A stretch of 64,000 nt of DNA from an uncultured delta proteobacterium (GTDB lineage: Bacteria; Desulfobacterota; Binatia; UBA9968), in the NCBI GenBank assembly GCA_963760795.1, contig CAVXEP010000017.1:32001-96000 (forward strand), given 5' to 3'. Below the pieces are notes generated by a model. That model had not been told where the DNA came from and searched no databases. It saw only the letters and a list, made by a program, of their open reading frames with translations. Each line of letters starts with the position of its first letter. The first letter of the stretch is position 1. Made by a program: the position numbers and the translations under genes. This document shows, in pieces, positions 21,099-32,624 of this stretch.

Positions 21099-21211
21099 GA
21101 TAACCTCCAAGATTGATTTGCCAGCTCGTCCAGTTAGCAGGAACTCGCTAAGAGAAGCAACCTGCGGCATGACTGTTCTTTTGGCGTCGGTTTGTTATGC
21201 TTTTACAGACA

Positions 21212-22047
21212 ATGAAGCGGTTCCCCTTCACATCTGCGCTGATTGTTTTGGCGCTGTTTTTTCAAACTGTGCCGCTGCAGGGTCAAACAGCTGGGCGATT
21301 CAAGATCAGCGGGACTCTCAGCGCCACCGATTTGGGTAGCTGGCGAACCATTCAGAAAGGCGTCGAGCAGCGCAAGATCGCCTTCCAGCGCGCCGAGCCA
21401 AACTACACGCTGGAACTGAAGACTTTTGCGCTTCGATCCTAAAATCATCAGTGCGCGGATTCTGTCGAGCGGCGATTTCCAATTGAAAGGCGCCACGGTA
21501 AAAGACTTCGTTGAAAAGAGCGGCGCCATCGCGGCGATCAATGCCAACTATTTCGACGAGCGCGGCCGGCCGCTGGCCTATCTGAAAACCGCGGAACAAT
21601 GAAATCAATCGCGCAGTCTCCAAACACGCACTCTACACCGGCGTTTTCGCGGTCGCCGATGGCAATCCGCAGGTCATGCATCGCGACGATTTCTCGCCCG
21701 TCCAGGCGAGCGAAGCGCTCCAGTCCGGGCCACTGTTGTTAAACCACGGCGCGCCGGTGGAGACTTTGCGCAGCCTCGGCCGCTACGCCCGCCGAGCCGT
21801 GCTCGGCATGGACAAAGCCGGCCGCATCGTCATCGCGGTGACCGACGCCGTGCTCGGCGGCTTGAGTTTCGTCGAGCTGCAAGAGCTCTTTGCCAACGCC
21901 AAATGGCAACTGGACACCCCGGAGTTATTGAATCTCGATGGCGGCGGTTCCGCCCAGCTCTACTTCAAATCAGGCAGGTTGGAAGAATCGGTGCCCGGCA
22001 CCTCCGAAGTACCGGTGGCGATTGGCTTCTTCGTCAAAGCGAACTAA
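21212..22047 (+). CDS. Phosphodiester glycosidase (NAGPA/DUF2233) family protein; frameshifts near 21422 and 21598
   Basis: AINANYF, QSGPLLL, RRAVLG and NLDGGGS motifs spread across three frames. Confidence 0.8.
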
Positions 22048-22077
22048 CCGGTTTTTTCAAACACAGAGATTGTTTTG

Positions 22078-22154
22078 ACCACGAAGGCACGAAGGACACG
22101 AAGGTTTCGGATGATTAACGTTCCGAACTTCGTGAGCTTCGTGTCCTTCGTGAT
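22078..22154. repeat. CACGAAG 9-mer tandem-repeat hairpin between convergent genes
   Basis: accacgaaggcacgaaggacacgaagg...cttcgtgagcttcgtgtccttcgtgat. Confidence 0.85.
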
Positions 22155-22163
22155 GAATGAGTA

Positions 22164-23611
22164 TTATTCCAACGAGCTGAAGGCCATTCGGCTCCAGTCG
22201 AGAGCATCGGCTGGCAGAATACCTAAATAGATCGTGCCGATCAGCGCGATGGCGATAGCGATGTAAACGAACGGCGCTTGGCGAAACGATTTTCCTTCAG
22301 CGCCGCCCTCTTCCATGTACATCGCGACAATCGACGCGCAGATAAAAAATCACCGACAGCAGGCTATTGAGCACGCCGATGATGGCGAGATCCAAATGGC
22401 CGGATAAAACCGCCGAGCGGAAAACATAGAACTTGCCGGTGAAACCGGCGAGCGGCGGAAAACCGGCGAGCGATAGCATGAACAGCGTCATGGCCAGCGC
22501 CAAGAACGGCCGCTTGAAGCCCAAGCCGGCAAAGTCGCTATAACTATCACGAGGCTCGTCAACCTCCGCCATGCTGCTGAGCACGGCGAAGGCGCCCATG
22601 GTCATGAATGAATAGGTGAGCAGATAGAACAGCAGCGGCAGCCCGCCCCACTCGACGCCGACCACAATGGGAATCAGCAGATATCCCGCATGGGCGATGC
22701 TGGAATAAGCCAGCATGCGTTTGACGCTAGGTTGGGTGATCGCCAGCAGGTTACCCAGAGTCATGGTGCCGATGGCGATGATCCAGAGGGGAAAAACCCA
22801 GTCGCTGTCCAACGGCGAGAGCTTGTAGAGCAGGATGCGCGCCCAGGCGGCGAAAGCGGCGGCTTTGACCGCCACCGACATGAAACCCGTCACCGGCGTC
22901 GGCGCGCCCTCGTAGACATCCGGCACCCAGAAATGAAACGGCACCGCGCCGACTTTGAAGGCAAAGCCGATCAGCAGCAAGAATCCGCCGCCGATCAGAT
23001 AGACCGGCCACTCGGTGGGCTGGTCGAGCAGATAAGCGGAGATTTGGGTTAAATTAGTCGAACCCGTGGCGCCGTAAATCAAGGCGATGCCATAGAGTAA
23101 GAAACCGGTGGCGAACGCACCCATGATGAAATATTTCATCGACGCTTCGCTGGAGCGGCCGTTGGCGCGCCACATGCCGGTGAGCACGTAGACCGCGATC
23201 GACATGGTCTCCAAGCCAAGAAAGAAAACCATCAAATCGTTGGCCGCCGCCATGACGATCATGCCCACGGTGGCGAACAGGATCAGGGCGTAAAATTCAC
23301 CCTCGCGGATGCCGGTCTGGCGCACATAATGGATCGAGGTGAGAATGGTCAGCGCTGCCGCCATGATAAAAATCATCGCGAAAAACAACGCGAAGCGGTC
23401 GAGCATGATAGCTGTCGTTGAACGCGCTTTCCTGCCCGCCGCCGATCAACAACAGGACCTCAGCCGCGGCCAGAGCGAGTCCGATGAGGCTGTAGAGCGC
23501 CAAGACCCCGCGCGGCTCGCCGTCCTTGATGAACAGATCGCGCATGGTGACCACCAATGCGGCGACCAGCACTTGCAGCGCCGGGAGCAGAGGCAGGAGA
23601 TTAACGTCCAT
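22164..23611 (-). CDS. nuoN: NADH-quinone oxidoreductase subunit N (frameshifts near 23410 and 22335)
   Basis: EASMKYF, FKVGAVPFHFWVPDVYEGAPTP, KRMLAYSSIAHAGY. Confidence 0.95.
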
Positions 23612-25154
23612 CGTTCTTGCGCTCCGCGCTGACACCGGATTGGGCAGCCACCGGTATGACTGGCATGGTGAAGATTCGTTTCAAATTAACGTCCACCGCC
23701 GGCTGCATGCGGCTCAAGAACGGCTGCGGATAGACACCCATGTAGAGGATCAAGAAAATGATCGGCGCTAAAATGACCCATTCCCGGCAATTTAGATCTT
23801 GCAGCTTTTGATTCTCCGGGTTGTTGAGCGGTCCGAAGATCACCCGGCGAAACATCCACAGCATATAGATCGCGCCAAGAATCACGCCGGTGGCGGCCAC
23901 CGCGGTCCAGCGCGGGGTCACGCTAAACGATCCGAGCAAGATCAGGAACTCGCCGACGAAACCGTTCAGGCCAGGCAGCCCGATGGACGAAAAGGTCACG
24001 ACCAGAAGCAAAGCTGAAAACACCGGCATCTGTTTCCACAGCCCGCCAAACTCCACGATCATCCGCGTATGGCGGCGGTCGTAGATCATGCCGACCATGA
24101 GAAACAGCGCGCCGGTGGACAGGCCATGGCTGAGCATTTGATAGATGCTGCCCTGCACGCCCTGCATGTTGAGGGCGCAGAGTCCGAGCATGACGAAACC
24201 CAAATGGCTGACCGACGAATAGGCGACGAGCTTCTTAATGTCGCTCTGCATCATCGCCACCACCGCGCCGTAGATGATGCCGATGACCGACAGGGCGACC
24301 AGGTAGGGCATCAGCGCGATCGCCGCGTCGGGAAAGAGCGGCATGGCGAAGCGCAAAAAGCCGTAGGTGCCGAGCTTCAACAGCACGCCGGCAAGAATCA
24401 CCGATCCGGCGGTGGGTGCCTCCACATGGGCGTCAGGAAGCCAGGTATGAAACGGAAACAGCGGGACCTTGATAGCGAACGACAACGCGAAAGCGAGGAA
24501 CAGCCAGGTTTGCTGCTCAACCGGCAGATGCAGGTCATAGAGTTGCAAGACATCGAAGGTCAGCACCTGGGTGACCTGGGCGTGGCGTGTGGCCAGATAA
24601 ATAATCGCCACCAGCATGAGCAAACTGCCGGCCATGGTGAACAGGACGAATTTCACCGCCGCATAGATGCGCCGCGTGCCGCCCCACACACCGATCAAAA
24701 AATACATCGGCACCAGCATCACTTCCCAGAAGACATAGAACAGCACCAGATCGAGCGCTAAGAACGCGCCAAGCATGCCGGTTTCCAAGAGCAGCATAAA
24801 AATCAAATACTCTTTGACCTTGTCGCGCACCGACCAGGAAGCCAACAGCGCCAGCGGCATGAGAAAAGTCGTGAGCAAAACCAGAAAAATGCTGATGCCG
24901 TCGATGCCGAGAATATATTGAATGCCAAAGGCCGGCATCCACGCCACCCGCTCGACCAGCTGCATCTCGCCATTAGTGCCGTCGAAGCGGTCGAGAATTT
25001 TTAGCGACCAGAGAAACGCCACCGCGCTGGCGAGCAATGCAAAGGAGAACAGCCCGGCCGACTGGCGCCGCGGCAAAAACACTAACACCGCCGCGCCGAT
25101 CACCGGGATGGCGAGTAGCAGAGTCAAATCTCCGAAACCCTGGGCTGACATCAT
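23601..25154 (-). CDS. nuoM: NADH-quinone oxidoreductase subunit M
   Basis: FWEVMLVPMY, KVPLFPFHTWLPDAHVEAPTAGS, KKLVAYSSVSH. Confidence 0.97.
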   Translation of the reverse strand: MMSAQGFGDLTLLLAIPVIGAAVLVFLPRRQSAGLFSFALLASAVAFLWSLKILDRFDGTNGEMQLVERVAWMPAFGIQYILGIDGISIFLVLLTTFLMPLALLASWSVRDKVKEYLIFMLLLETGMLGAFLALDLVLFYVFWEVMLVPMYFLIGVWGGTRRIYAAVKFVLFTMAGSLLMLVAIIYLATRHAQVTQVLTFDVLQLYDLHLPVEQQTWLFLAFALSFAIKVPLFPFHTWLPDAHVEAPTAGSVILAGVLLKLGTYGFLRFAMPLFPDAAIALMPYLVALSVIGIIYGAVVAMMQSDIKKLVAYSSVSHLGFVMLGLCALNMQGVQGSIYQMLSHGLSTGALFLMVGMIYDRRHTRMIVEFGGLWKQMPVFSALLLVVTFSSIGLPGLNGFVGEFLILLGSFSVTPRWTAVAATGVILGAIYMLWMFRRVIFGPLNNPENQKLQDLNCREWVILAPIIFLILYMGVYPQPFLSRMQPAVDVNLKRIFTMPVIPVAAQSGVSAERKNDGR

Positions 25155-27053
25155 GACAGTTGTCCGAGGTAGTAGGCGAGCAGCGCCAGGGCGCCGACCA
25201 AAAACATCGCCGCGTAGTGCTGTACGTTACCGGTCTGCAAACCGCGCCAGACGGTGCTAAAACCGCGCACCGTGGCGGCCAGGCCATTGACCGCGCCGTC
25301 GATCACCCAAGGATCGACGATGCTGGCGAAAAATTTCGCCAGCGCGGTGAACGGACGGACGAAAACAAAATCGTAAATTTCGTCGACGTAATATTTGTTA
25401 AGCGAAATGTCGTAGAAAATGCCGTTGGCTGTCTGCTGCGCGGTCTGCGCCCCAGGCTTACCGTACATGAGGTAAGCGAGATAAATTCCCGCGGCCACCA
25501 CGGCCAAAGTCAGGGCGGTCACCAATAATTCGGTGCTTACGGTACCATGATGTTCCGCGACCGCGCCAAAGGTCGGCGCTAGCCAATGGTCCCAACGGCT
25601 GCCCCAGAGATATTCCGGCGCGCCCAACCAGCCGGTGAAGATCGAACCGACGGCAAGAATCATCAGCGGCCAAGTCATCACCGCCGGCGATTCATGCAGA
25701 TGCGCCTTGGCATGGTCATCGGCGCGGCACTCGCCGTGAAAGACCATGAATAGTTGACGAAACATGTAAAACGCGGTCATGCCCGCGGTGATTAGCCCGA
25801 CGCCCCACAAGATTCCTGCGCCATGGCTGAAGGTCTGCCAGAGAATCAAATCTTTGGAGAAAAAACCGGCGGTGAACGGCACCCCGGCGATCGCCAGCGT
25901 GGCGACGACATAGGTCCAGTAGGTCTTGGGCATATGCGTCTTGAGGCCGCCCATCTTGCGCATATCCTGCTCGCCGCCGAGGGCGTGGATCACACTGCCC
26001 GAACCCAAGAACAGGCAAGCTTTGAAAAATGCATGGGTGAAGACATGAAAGATCGCCGCGCCAAAGGCGCCCATGCCGACGGCGAGAAACATGTAACCCA
26101 ACTGGCTCACCGTCGAGTAGGCCAGGACTTTCTTAATATCGTTCTGGGTCAGCGCGATGGTGGCGGCGAAAAATGCCGTCGCCGCGCCGATCACGGCGAT
26201 CACCGCCAAGGTCGCCGGCGCCAAGGCGAAGAGAAAATGCAGCCGCGCCGTCATATAGACGCCGGCGGTGACCATGGTGGCGGCGTGAATCAACGCGCTC
26301 ACCGGCGTCGGCCCAGCCATGGCATCGGGCAGCCAGACGAACAGCGGTAGCTGCGCCGATTTGCCGGTGGCGCCGATAAAAAGCAGAAAGGTAATCAACG
26401 TGATCGTGCCGGGTTGCAGCAGCTTCACATGCCTGCTGCAATTCGACGAAGTCCAAAGTCCAAATGCCCTGGCGGCCCAACTCCGCCACCAAAACGAAAA
26501 TGCCGAGGATGAAACCCAAGTCGCCGATGCGGTTGACGATGAACGCTTTATTGCCGGCGATGGTATTGTTGTGATCGTGGTACCAGAAGCCGATCAAAAG
26601 ATAAGAACAGAGACCGACGCCCTCCCAGCCGACAAACAGCAAGAGCAGATTGTCGCCCATGACCAGCACAAGCATGAAAAAGATAAACAGGTTGAGGTAG
26701 ATAAAAAAGCGCACCATGTCCGGGTCATGGCCCATGTAACCCAAGGAATAGAGATGGATTAAAAAACCGATGCCGGTGACGATGAGCAGCATCACCGCCG
26801 TCAGGGCATCGACTTGAAAGGCGAGATTGACCTGAAAAGAGCCCGACTGAATCCAGGTATAAACCAGATCGCGAAAAATTCCCGTTGCCGGCAGCTGCCA
26901 AAATATATAGAAAGCCAGCGCGAACGATGCGCCCACCGCCGCCGACGCCAGAGCGCCGGCAGTTTGCTTGCCCAGGGCGCGGCCAAAGAACAAATTGATC
27001 ACGCTGCCCAACAGCGGAATCAGCGGAATCCAGCGCAGCAGATCGGTGCTCAT
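25151..27053 (-). CDS. nuoL: NADH-quinone oxidoreductase subunit L (frameshift near 26430)
   Basis: GWEGVGLCSYLLIGFW, GKSAQLPLFVWLPDAMAGPTP, HAFFKACLFL. Confidence 0.95.
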
Positions 27054-27071
27054 ACAGGTTTTGACTAGTCT

Positions 27072-27374
27072 CTACCATTTGAGCAGCTGCATCTCCTGGG
27101 GATCCAAAGATTGGCGATGGCGATAGACGGATATGATGATGGCAAGGCCGATCACAGCTTCAGCGGCGGCCACCGCCATGACGAAAAACACCGCCACCTG
27201 GCCGTCGGTCGAGCCCAGATAGCGTGAGAACGCGATAAAAGTCAGGTTGACGGCGTTGAGCATGAGCTCGATGGACATGAGAATGACGATCAGATTGCGC
27301 CGGATCAGCACGCCGACGACGCCGATGGCGAAGACCACCGCGCTTAGAATCAGATAGTAATGCAGCGCAATCAT
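27072..27374 (-). CDS. nuoK: NADH-quinone oxidoreductase subunit K
   Basis: [28 protein letters not shown]. Confidence 0.97.
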   Translation of the reverse strand: MIALHYYLILSAVVFAIGVVGVLIRRNLIVILMSIELMLNAVNLTFIAFSRYLGSTDGQVAVFFVMAVAAAEAVIGLAIIISVYRHRQSLDPQEMQLLKW

Positions 27375-27379
27375 GGAAC

Positions 27380-27874
27380 TCAATTTTCTCGCTTGGCCAA
27401 AACCACCGCGCCGATGATCGCCACCAGCAACAACACCGAGGCGATTTCGAAGGGCAGAACAAAATCACTGAACAAACTTTTAGCCAACATTTCGGGACTG
27501 CCGAACAACTCCGTGGCCGCCACCGGATCGGCCGGCAAATCGTTGATCATCACCAAAGGCACCAACACACCGGCCAACATCAGCGCGAGCATTGTGCCGA
27601 AGCCCCACCATAGGCCGCGCTGCCGTTCCAGCGCGGCCGGGTTGAGAAGCATGATGACGAAAAGAAACAAGACCATGATTGCGCCGGCATAGACCATCAC
27701 CTGCAACACCCCGACCATGGGCGCCTGCAAAGTGACGAACAACACCGCGATCAAGAGCAGCGCCGAAACCAGCGCCATGGCGCAGTGCACGACGTTGCGC
27801 AAAAACACCACCAGCAGCGACGCGATCACCAGCAAGGTGGCCAACAGGTAGAAAATCAGACTCGCGGTATCCAT
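27380..27874 (-). CDS. nuoJ: NADH-quinone oxidoreductase subunit J
   Basis: [32 protein letters not shown]. Confidence 0.96.
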   Translation of the reverse strand: MDTASLIFYLLATLLVIASLLVVFLRNVVHCAMALVSALLLIAVLFVTLQAPMVGVLQVMVYAGAIMVLFLFVIMLLNPAALERQRGLWWGFGTMLALMLAGVLVPLVMINDLPADPVAATELFGSPEMLAKSLFSDFVLPFEIASVLLLVAIIGAVVLAKREN

Positions 27875-27886
27875 GGATTCAATCGT

Positions 27887-29017
27887 TCACTGTGCCGCCA
27901 GGATCCAAATCGCCGTGGCGACGACGTTAAGCAGTGCCAGCGGCAAAAGCATTTTCCAACCCAAGCGCATGACCTGGTCGTAGCGAAAGCGCGGCACACT
28001 CCAGCGCAATAAGATCTGCAGCCAGCAGAAAAAAATCACTTTGACGGTGAATGCCGTCACCTGCAGCAGGACGATAAAGACATGCGGCAGCAGCCAGGTG
28101 CCGCCCCAGGGGAAATGGAAACCGTCGCGCAAAAGATAGGGCACCTGCCAGCCGCCGAAGAACAGCGTCGTCACCAAACCCGCGACGGTGACAACCTCAG
28201 CGAACTCACCGGCAAAAAACATCAAGAACTTGCCGCCGGAATACTCGACATGATAGCCGGCGACCAACTCCGACTCCCCTTCCGGCAAGTCGAACGGGAT
28301 GCGTTTGGTCTCCGCCACCGCGGCGGTAAAAAAAAGCAAAAAGGCCAGCGGCTGGAGAAAAATCCCCCAGGCCGGTAGCCAACCGACGATTGGACTTAAG
28401 AAACTCAGCCAGCTGGGCATGAGATCGCGGATCAGCGCGCCCTGGCCGCGGGCGATGTCTTGCAGCTCTAACGTCCCGTAAACCATCAAGACGCCCATGA
28501 CGGATAAGCCCATGGCGATTTCATAGGAGATCATCTGCGCCGAGCCGCGCACGCCGCCGAGCATGGAAAATTTATTGTTCGACGCCCAGGCGCCGATGAC
28601 GATGCCGTAGACACCGAGCGAGCCCATGGCGAAGACGTAGAGTATGCCGATGTTGAGATTGGCCACTTGCAGGTTGATCGAGCGCTCGCCGATGTTGAGG
28701 ACATCGCCAAACGGAATGACCGCGAAGGTGACCAGCGCCGGGAACAGCGCCATGCACGGCGCCAAGGTGTGCAAGAAGCGGTCGCCCGTGGGCGGAATGA
28801 AGTCTTCCTTAAAAAGAAACTTGAGCGGATCGGCGATCAACGTATTGACGAGACCCATACCGGCGAAACCTAAAATCGACGCCCGGTTGGCGCCGATGCG
28901 GTCTTGGATCAGCGCGCTGCCCTTGCGCTCGATCCAGCCGAGAACGCCGGCGAGGTTGAGCACCATACCGACAACCAGCACAGCTTTAAGAATGATAATC
29001 GCGAGGTCGACGATCAT
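27887..29017 (-). CDS. nuoH: NADH-quinone oxidoreductase subunit H
   Basis: ERK...QDRIG, AQMISYE, PFDLPEGESELVAGY, PRFRYDQ. Confidence 0.97.
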   Translation of the reverse strand: MIVDLAIIILKAVLVVGMVLNLAGVLGWIERKGSALIQDRIGANRASILGFAGMGLVNTLIADPLKFLFKEDFIPPTGDRFLHTLAPCMALFPALVTFAVIPFGDVLNIGERSINLQVANLNIGILYVFAMGSLGVYGIVIGAWASNNKFSMLGGVRGSAQMISYEIAMGLSVMGVLMVYGTLELQDIARGQGALIRDLMPSWLSFLSPIVGWLPAWGIFLQPLAFLLFFTAAVAETKRIPFDLPEGESELVAGYHVEYSGGKFLMFFAGEFAEVVTVAGLVTTLFFGGWQVPYLLRDGFHFPWGGTWLLPHVFIVLLQVTAFTVKVIFFCWLQILLRWSVPRFRYDQVMRLGWKMLLPLALLNVVATAIWILAAQ

Positions 29018-30603
29018 GACGCTGCGCCACCGCCACTTCCCAATTCATACCCTTGATCGCCGATCGAGTCGTAGGTTAGTCCATTGTAGGCGATCACTTC
29101 CTTGGTCAACGCCGTGAAAATGTCGCCGGGCGTCGCATAGTCGAGCTTTTGCCCCGCGCCATCGAGTAAGCGTATAAAAATCTCGCTGTCTTGGCGCGCC
29201 CCTTCGGGGCAGATCACGGCGGCATTAAGCTTTTGCACCCGGCCCTGGCGATTGGTGTAGGTGCCCTCTTTCTCGCCAAAATGCGCCGCCGGTAAAACCA
29301 CCTGGGCTAACTTGGCGGTCTCGGTCAGCTTGGTATCTTGTACCACCAGGAAACTAAGTTTCTCTAAAGCGCTGCGAATCTTCGCGCTGTCGCCATTGGC
29401 GCCGAGCAAGTCCTCGCCGACGATGAAGGCGCTGGAAAAATGATTACCGGCCAATGCTTGCATCAGCCCCGCGAAACCGCCGCTGCAACTAACTCCCATA
29501 TCGCGGGCGCCGCGGAAATTCGGCGAGCGGTCCGGGCTCATCAGAATCTTTTGAACTTCGGTGAGTTGGCGTTCCTGATAAAAAACTTCCATGGAACAAT
29601 CGTTGGCGAGCTTGGGCACTAGCTTGGCGAATAAGTATGCCTCCTCGTTGGTACTGCGGCCGGAAAGAATTCCCGCCAGCGGCTGCGCGCCGCGCAGACC
29701 ATTGACCACGGCTTGCAATGCCGCCTCCCAAGTCGCCGGTACCAGTCCGCCTTCCTGGCGAATCAGCGGCGTGGTCAGCCGCTCGCCGCCGGCGAGATCG
29801 TGAAAACAGTAACGCCCCTCGTCGCAGATCCAGTGGCTGTTGACCGCTTCGTTCTGGCGCGGTTTGAAGCGCGCAATTTTGTTTTGATAGGCCTCGACGC
29901 TGATGTTGCAGCCGGTGCTGCAGCCTGGACAGATGGACGGGGTCTTGTCTAAATACCAGACCCGCACCTTGAAACGAAAATCCCGGTCGGTGAGCGCGCC
30001 CACCGGGCAGATGTCGACGACGTTGGCGGATAACGGGTTGTCGAGCACGGCATCGTCGAACAGCGAAATCGTCGAGTGATCGCCGCGGTTGATCACCGCC
30101 AGCTCATGGGTCTTGGTGATCTCTTGGCAAAAGCGCACGCAGCGGGTGCACTTGATGCAGCGCTCGCCGTCGAAAACCACATTGGGGCCAAAGATGGTTT
30201 TCTTGCGGTCGTGGATCTTGCCGACTTCGAGGCGGCTCTCCTCGCGGTTATGCTCCATGTAGTAATTCTGCAACTGGCACTCGCCGGCCTGGTCGCAGAT
30301 CGGGCAATCCACCGGGTGATTGATCAGCAGAAATTCCAACACCGCTTTGCGCACCGCGACCACCTTGGGACTTTGGGTCAGGATCGACATGCCCTCGGTC
30401 ACCTGGGTATTGCAGGCGATCTGCAGCTTGGGCATTTTTTCGATCTCGACCATGCACATGCGGCAGTTGCCGGCGATGGACAGCTTCGGGTGATAACAGT
30501 AGTGCGGGATCGCCACGCCGGCCTCGGCCGCCGCCTGAATCACGGTCTTGCCTTTGCTGGTGACGACTTCTTGGCCGTCAACGATGATCTTTACTGGATC
30601 CAT
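29014..30603 (-). CDS. nuoG: NADH-quinone oxidoreductase subunit G (short, 529 aa)
   Basis: CYHP, GNCRMC, HPVDCPICDQAGEC, CIKCTRC, CPVGAL, CPGCSTGC. Confidence 0.93.
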   Translation of the reverse strand: MDPVKIIVDGQEVVTSKGKTVIQAAAEAGVAIPHYCYHPKLSIAGNCRMCMVEIEKMPKLQIACNTQVTEGMSILTQSPKVVAVRKAVLEFLLINHPVDCPICDQAGECQLQNYYMEHNREESRLEVGKIHDRKKTIFGPNVVFDGERCIKCTRCVRFCQEITKTHELAVINRGDHSTISLFDDAVLDNPLSANVVDICPVGALTDRDFRFKVRVWYLDKTPSICPGCSTGCNISVEAYQNKIARFKPRQNEAVNSHWICDEGRYCFHDLAGGERLTTPLIRQEGGLVPATWEAALQAVVNGLRGAQPLAGILSGRSTNEEAYLFAKLVPKLANDCSMEVFYQERQLTEVQKILMSPDRSPNFRGARDMGVSCSGGFAGLMQALAGNHFSSAFIVGEDLLGANGDSAKIRSALEKLSFLVVQDTKLTETAKLAQVVLPAAHFGEKEGTYTNRQGRVQKLNAAVICPEGARQDSEIFIRLLDGAGQKLDYATPGDIFTALTKEVIAYNGLTYDSIGDQGYELGSGGGAAS

Positions 30604-30610
30604 AATGAAG

Positions 30611-30685
30611 ATTGGAGTGATGGAGTACTGGAGTGTTGGAGTATTGCGTCCGGACCCATCACTCCATCACTCCGATACTCCATTC
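30611..30685. repeat. GGAGTRNT 8-mer tandem-repeat hairpin between nuoF and nuoG
   Basis: attggagtgatggagtactggagtgttggagtatt...catcactccatcactccgatactccat. Confidence 0.85.
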
Positions 30686-31954
30686 CTAGCCTCGCACCGT
30701 GCATTTCCCCGCCGCGATATGCGCTTCGAACTCGTCGCGGTACTTTCTGATAAACGCTCCCGCCGGCATCGCCGCGGCATCGCCAAACGGACAAATCGTA
30801 TTGCCGGCGATGTTGCCGGCAATGTTGAGAATCAGATCTAAATCGTTCTTTTGTGCGCCGCCATGTTCGACGCGGTAAAAAATCTTTTCCATCCAGTGGC
30901 AGCCTTCGCGGCAGGGACTGCATTGGCCGCAGGATTCATGGGCGTAAAAGCGCGCGATGTTCCATGCCGCCCGCACCATGCAGACAGTCTCGTCCATGAC
31001 GATGACGCCGCCGGAACCGAGCAGACTGCCGGCCGCCGCCACCGATTCGTAATCGAGATTTACTTTTTCGATCTCATCGGGCTTCAACACCGGCATCGAG
31101 GCGCCGCCGGGGATGACGCCTTTTAATTTCTTGCCGTTGGGCACGCCGCCGCAGTCCTCTTCGAGAAATTTCTTGAACGGGTAGCCCATCTCGACTTCGT
31201 AGACCCCCGGCCGGACGATATGGCCGCTGACGCTGAACAGCTTCGTCCCCTTGCTTTTCTCCGTACCCATGGCCGAGTATGCCGCGGCGCCGCGCTCGAG
31301 AATCCATGGCAAAGCGGCTAACGTTTCGACGTTGTTCACCACCGTCGGACAGCCGAACAGGCCGTGAGTAGCCGGGAATGGCGGTTTGACTTTCGGCCAG
31401 CCGCGGCCGCCTTCAAGAGAAGACAGCAAGGCGGTCTCTTCGCCGCAGATATAAGCCCCCGCGCCACGGTGCACGATGACATCCAAGTCGTAGCCGGTAC
31501 CAAAGATATTTTTACCGATCAAACCGGCTTGGTACGCTTCGGCGACCGCCTGCTCCAACCTGGTCGTGCCAAACACCATCTCGCCACGAATGTAAATAAA
31601 CGCCGTATGCGACTGAATCGCGAAGGCGGCGATCATCGTGCCCTCGATAAGCGCGTGGGGATCCTGCTCGATCAGCAAGCGGTCTTTAAAGGTTCCCGGT
31701 TCGCTCTCGTCGGCGTTGCAGACTAAATATTTCGGCTTGGGACTGTCCTTGGGAACGAAACTCCACTTCATGCCGGTGGGGAATCCTGCGCCGCCGCGGC
31801 CGCGCAGACCGGAAGCTTTGACTTCCTCGATCAGCTGTTCCGGCTTCAAGGTCTCGACGACCTTGCGCCAAGACCCGTAGCCGCCACGGGACTGATAAGT
31901 TGCCAGCGTGTGCGAGCCCGGAACGCCGATATTGCGGAGGAGTAGCTTTTCCAT
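30686..31954 (-). CDS. nuoF: NADH-quinone oxidoreductase subunit F
   Basis: GLRGRGGAGFPTG, NADESEPG, GAGAYICGEE, ESCGQCSPCREG. Confidence 0.97.
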   Translation of the reverse strand: MEKLLLRNIGVPGSHTLATYQSRGGYGSWRKVVETLKPEQLIEEVKASGLRGRGGAGFPTGMKWSFVPKDSPKPKYLVCNADESEPGTFKDRLLIEQDPHALIEGTMIAAFAIQSHTAFIYIRGEMVFGTTRLEQAVAEAYQAGLIGKNIFGTGYDLDVIVHRGAGAYICGEETALLSSLEGGRGWPKVKPPFPATHGLFGCPTVVNNVETLAALPWILERGAAAYSAMGTEKSKGTKLFSVSGHIVRPGVYEVEMGYPFKKFLEEDCGGVPNGKKLKGVIPGGASMPVLKPDEIEKVNLDYESVAAAGSLLGSGGVIVMDETVCMVRAAWNIARFYAHESCGQCSPCREGCHWMEKIFYRVEHGGAQKNDLDLILNIAGNIAGNTICPFGDAAAMPAGAFIRKYRDEFEAHIAAGKCTVRG

Positions 31955-31962
31955 GAATATTT

Positions 31963-32045
31963 AAGTCAAAATGCAAAATGAAGAATGCAAAATGCTCCGG
32001 AATCTTTCATTTTCACTTTTGCATTCTGCATTATCATTTTGACTT
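31963..32045. repeat. AAAATGC 7-mer tandem-repeat hairpin between nuoE and nuoF
   Basis: aagtcaaaatgcaaaatgaagaatgcaaaatg...cattttcacttttgcattctgcattatcattttgactt; 11-bp inverted termini. Confidence 0.85.
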
Positions 32046-32053
32046 GGGAACTT

Positions 32054-32527
32054 TCATTTCATTCCGTCGAGAATTTGCTCGATCTTCTCTTCGGTCAAGT
32101 CTTCATAATAGTCGTCGTTCACTTGCATCATCGGCGCGGTGCCGCAAGAGGCCAAACACTCCACTTCCGCCAGCGTGAACCTGCCATCCGCGGTGGTCTG
32201 TCCGCATTCGATGCCAAGTTTCTTCTTGAGAAACGCCGTCACTTCCTCGGCGCCACGCAAGGCGCAGGAAAGCGTACGGCAAACCTGAATATGGTGGCGC
32301 CCGATCGGCTTCATGTTGTACATGCTGTAAAAACTCACCACGCCATAGACGCGCGCCGGCACCTGGCCCATCAGCTTGGCGACATATTCGATCGCCTCCG
32401 GCCCGAGATGGCCAAACTCGCGCTGAGCCAAATAAAGCACCGGCAGCATCGCCGCTTCCTTCTCCGGATAGCGCGCGATTGTCGCTTCAAAAGTTTTCAG
32501 CGTCTCAGGTGAAAATTCTAATGCCAT
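32054..32527 (-). CDS. nuoE: NADH-quinone oxidoreductase subunit E
   Basis: VCRTLSC and ECLASCGTAP [2Fe-2S] motifs. Confidence 0.96.
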   Translation of the reverse strand: MALEFSPETLKTFEATIARYPEKEAAMLPVLYLAQREFGHLGPEAIEYVAKLMGQVPARVYGVVSFYSMYNMKPIGRHHIQVCRTLSCALRGAEEVTAFLKKKLGIECGQTTADGRFTLAEVECLASCGTAPMMQVNDDYYEDLTEEKIEQILDGMK

Positions 32528-32540
32528 GTTGTTACGGGCC

Positions 32541-32624
32541 GAGGATGGAAAATCGAGGATGGAAGATTGAACGAAAGACCTCAAATCCTCGTATTTCCTC
32601 TATCCTCCATCCTCCCATCCTCGA
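32541..32624. repeat. GAGGATG 7-mer tandem-repeat hairpin between nuoD and nuoE
   Basis: gaggatggaaaatcgaggatggaagatt...atcctcgtatttcctctatcctccatcctcccatcctcga. Confidence 0.8.

Noticed and set aside
21590-21605. In-frame TGA as selenocysteine, or programmed frameshifting at the broken genes
   Set aside because: The downstream coding sequence continues in another frame, there are no consistent slippery sites, and the pattern matches random single-base errors.
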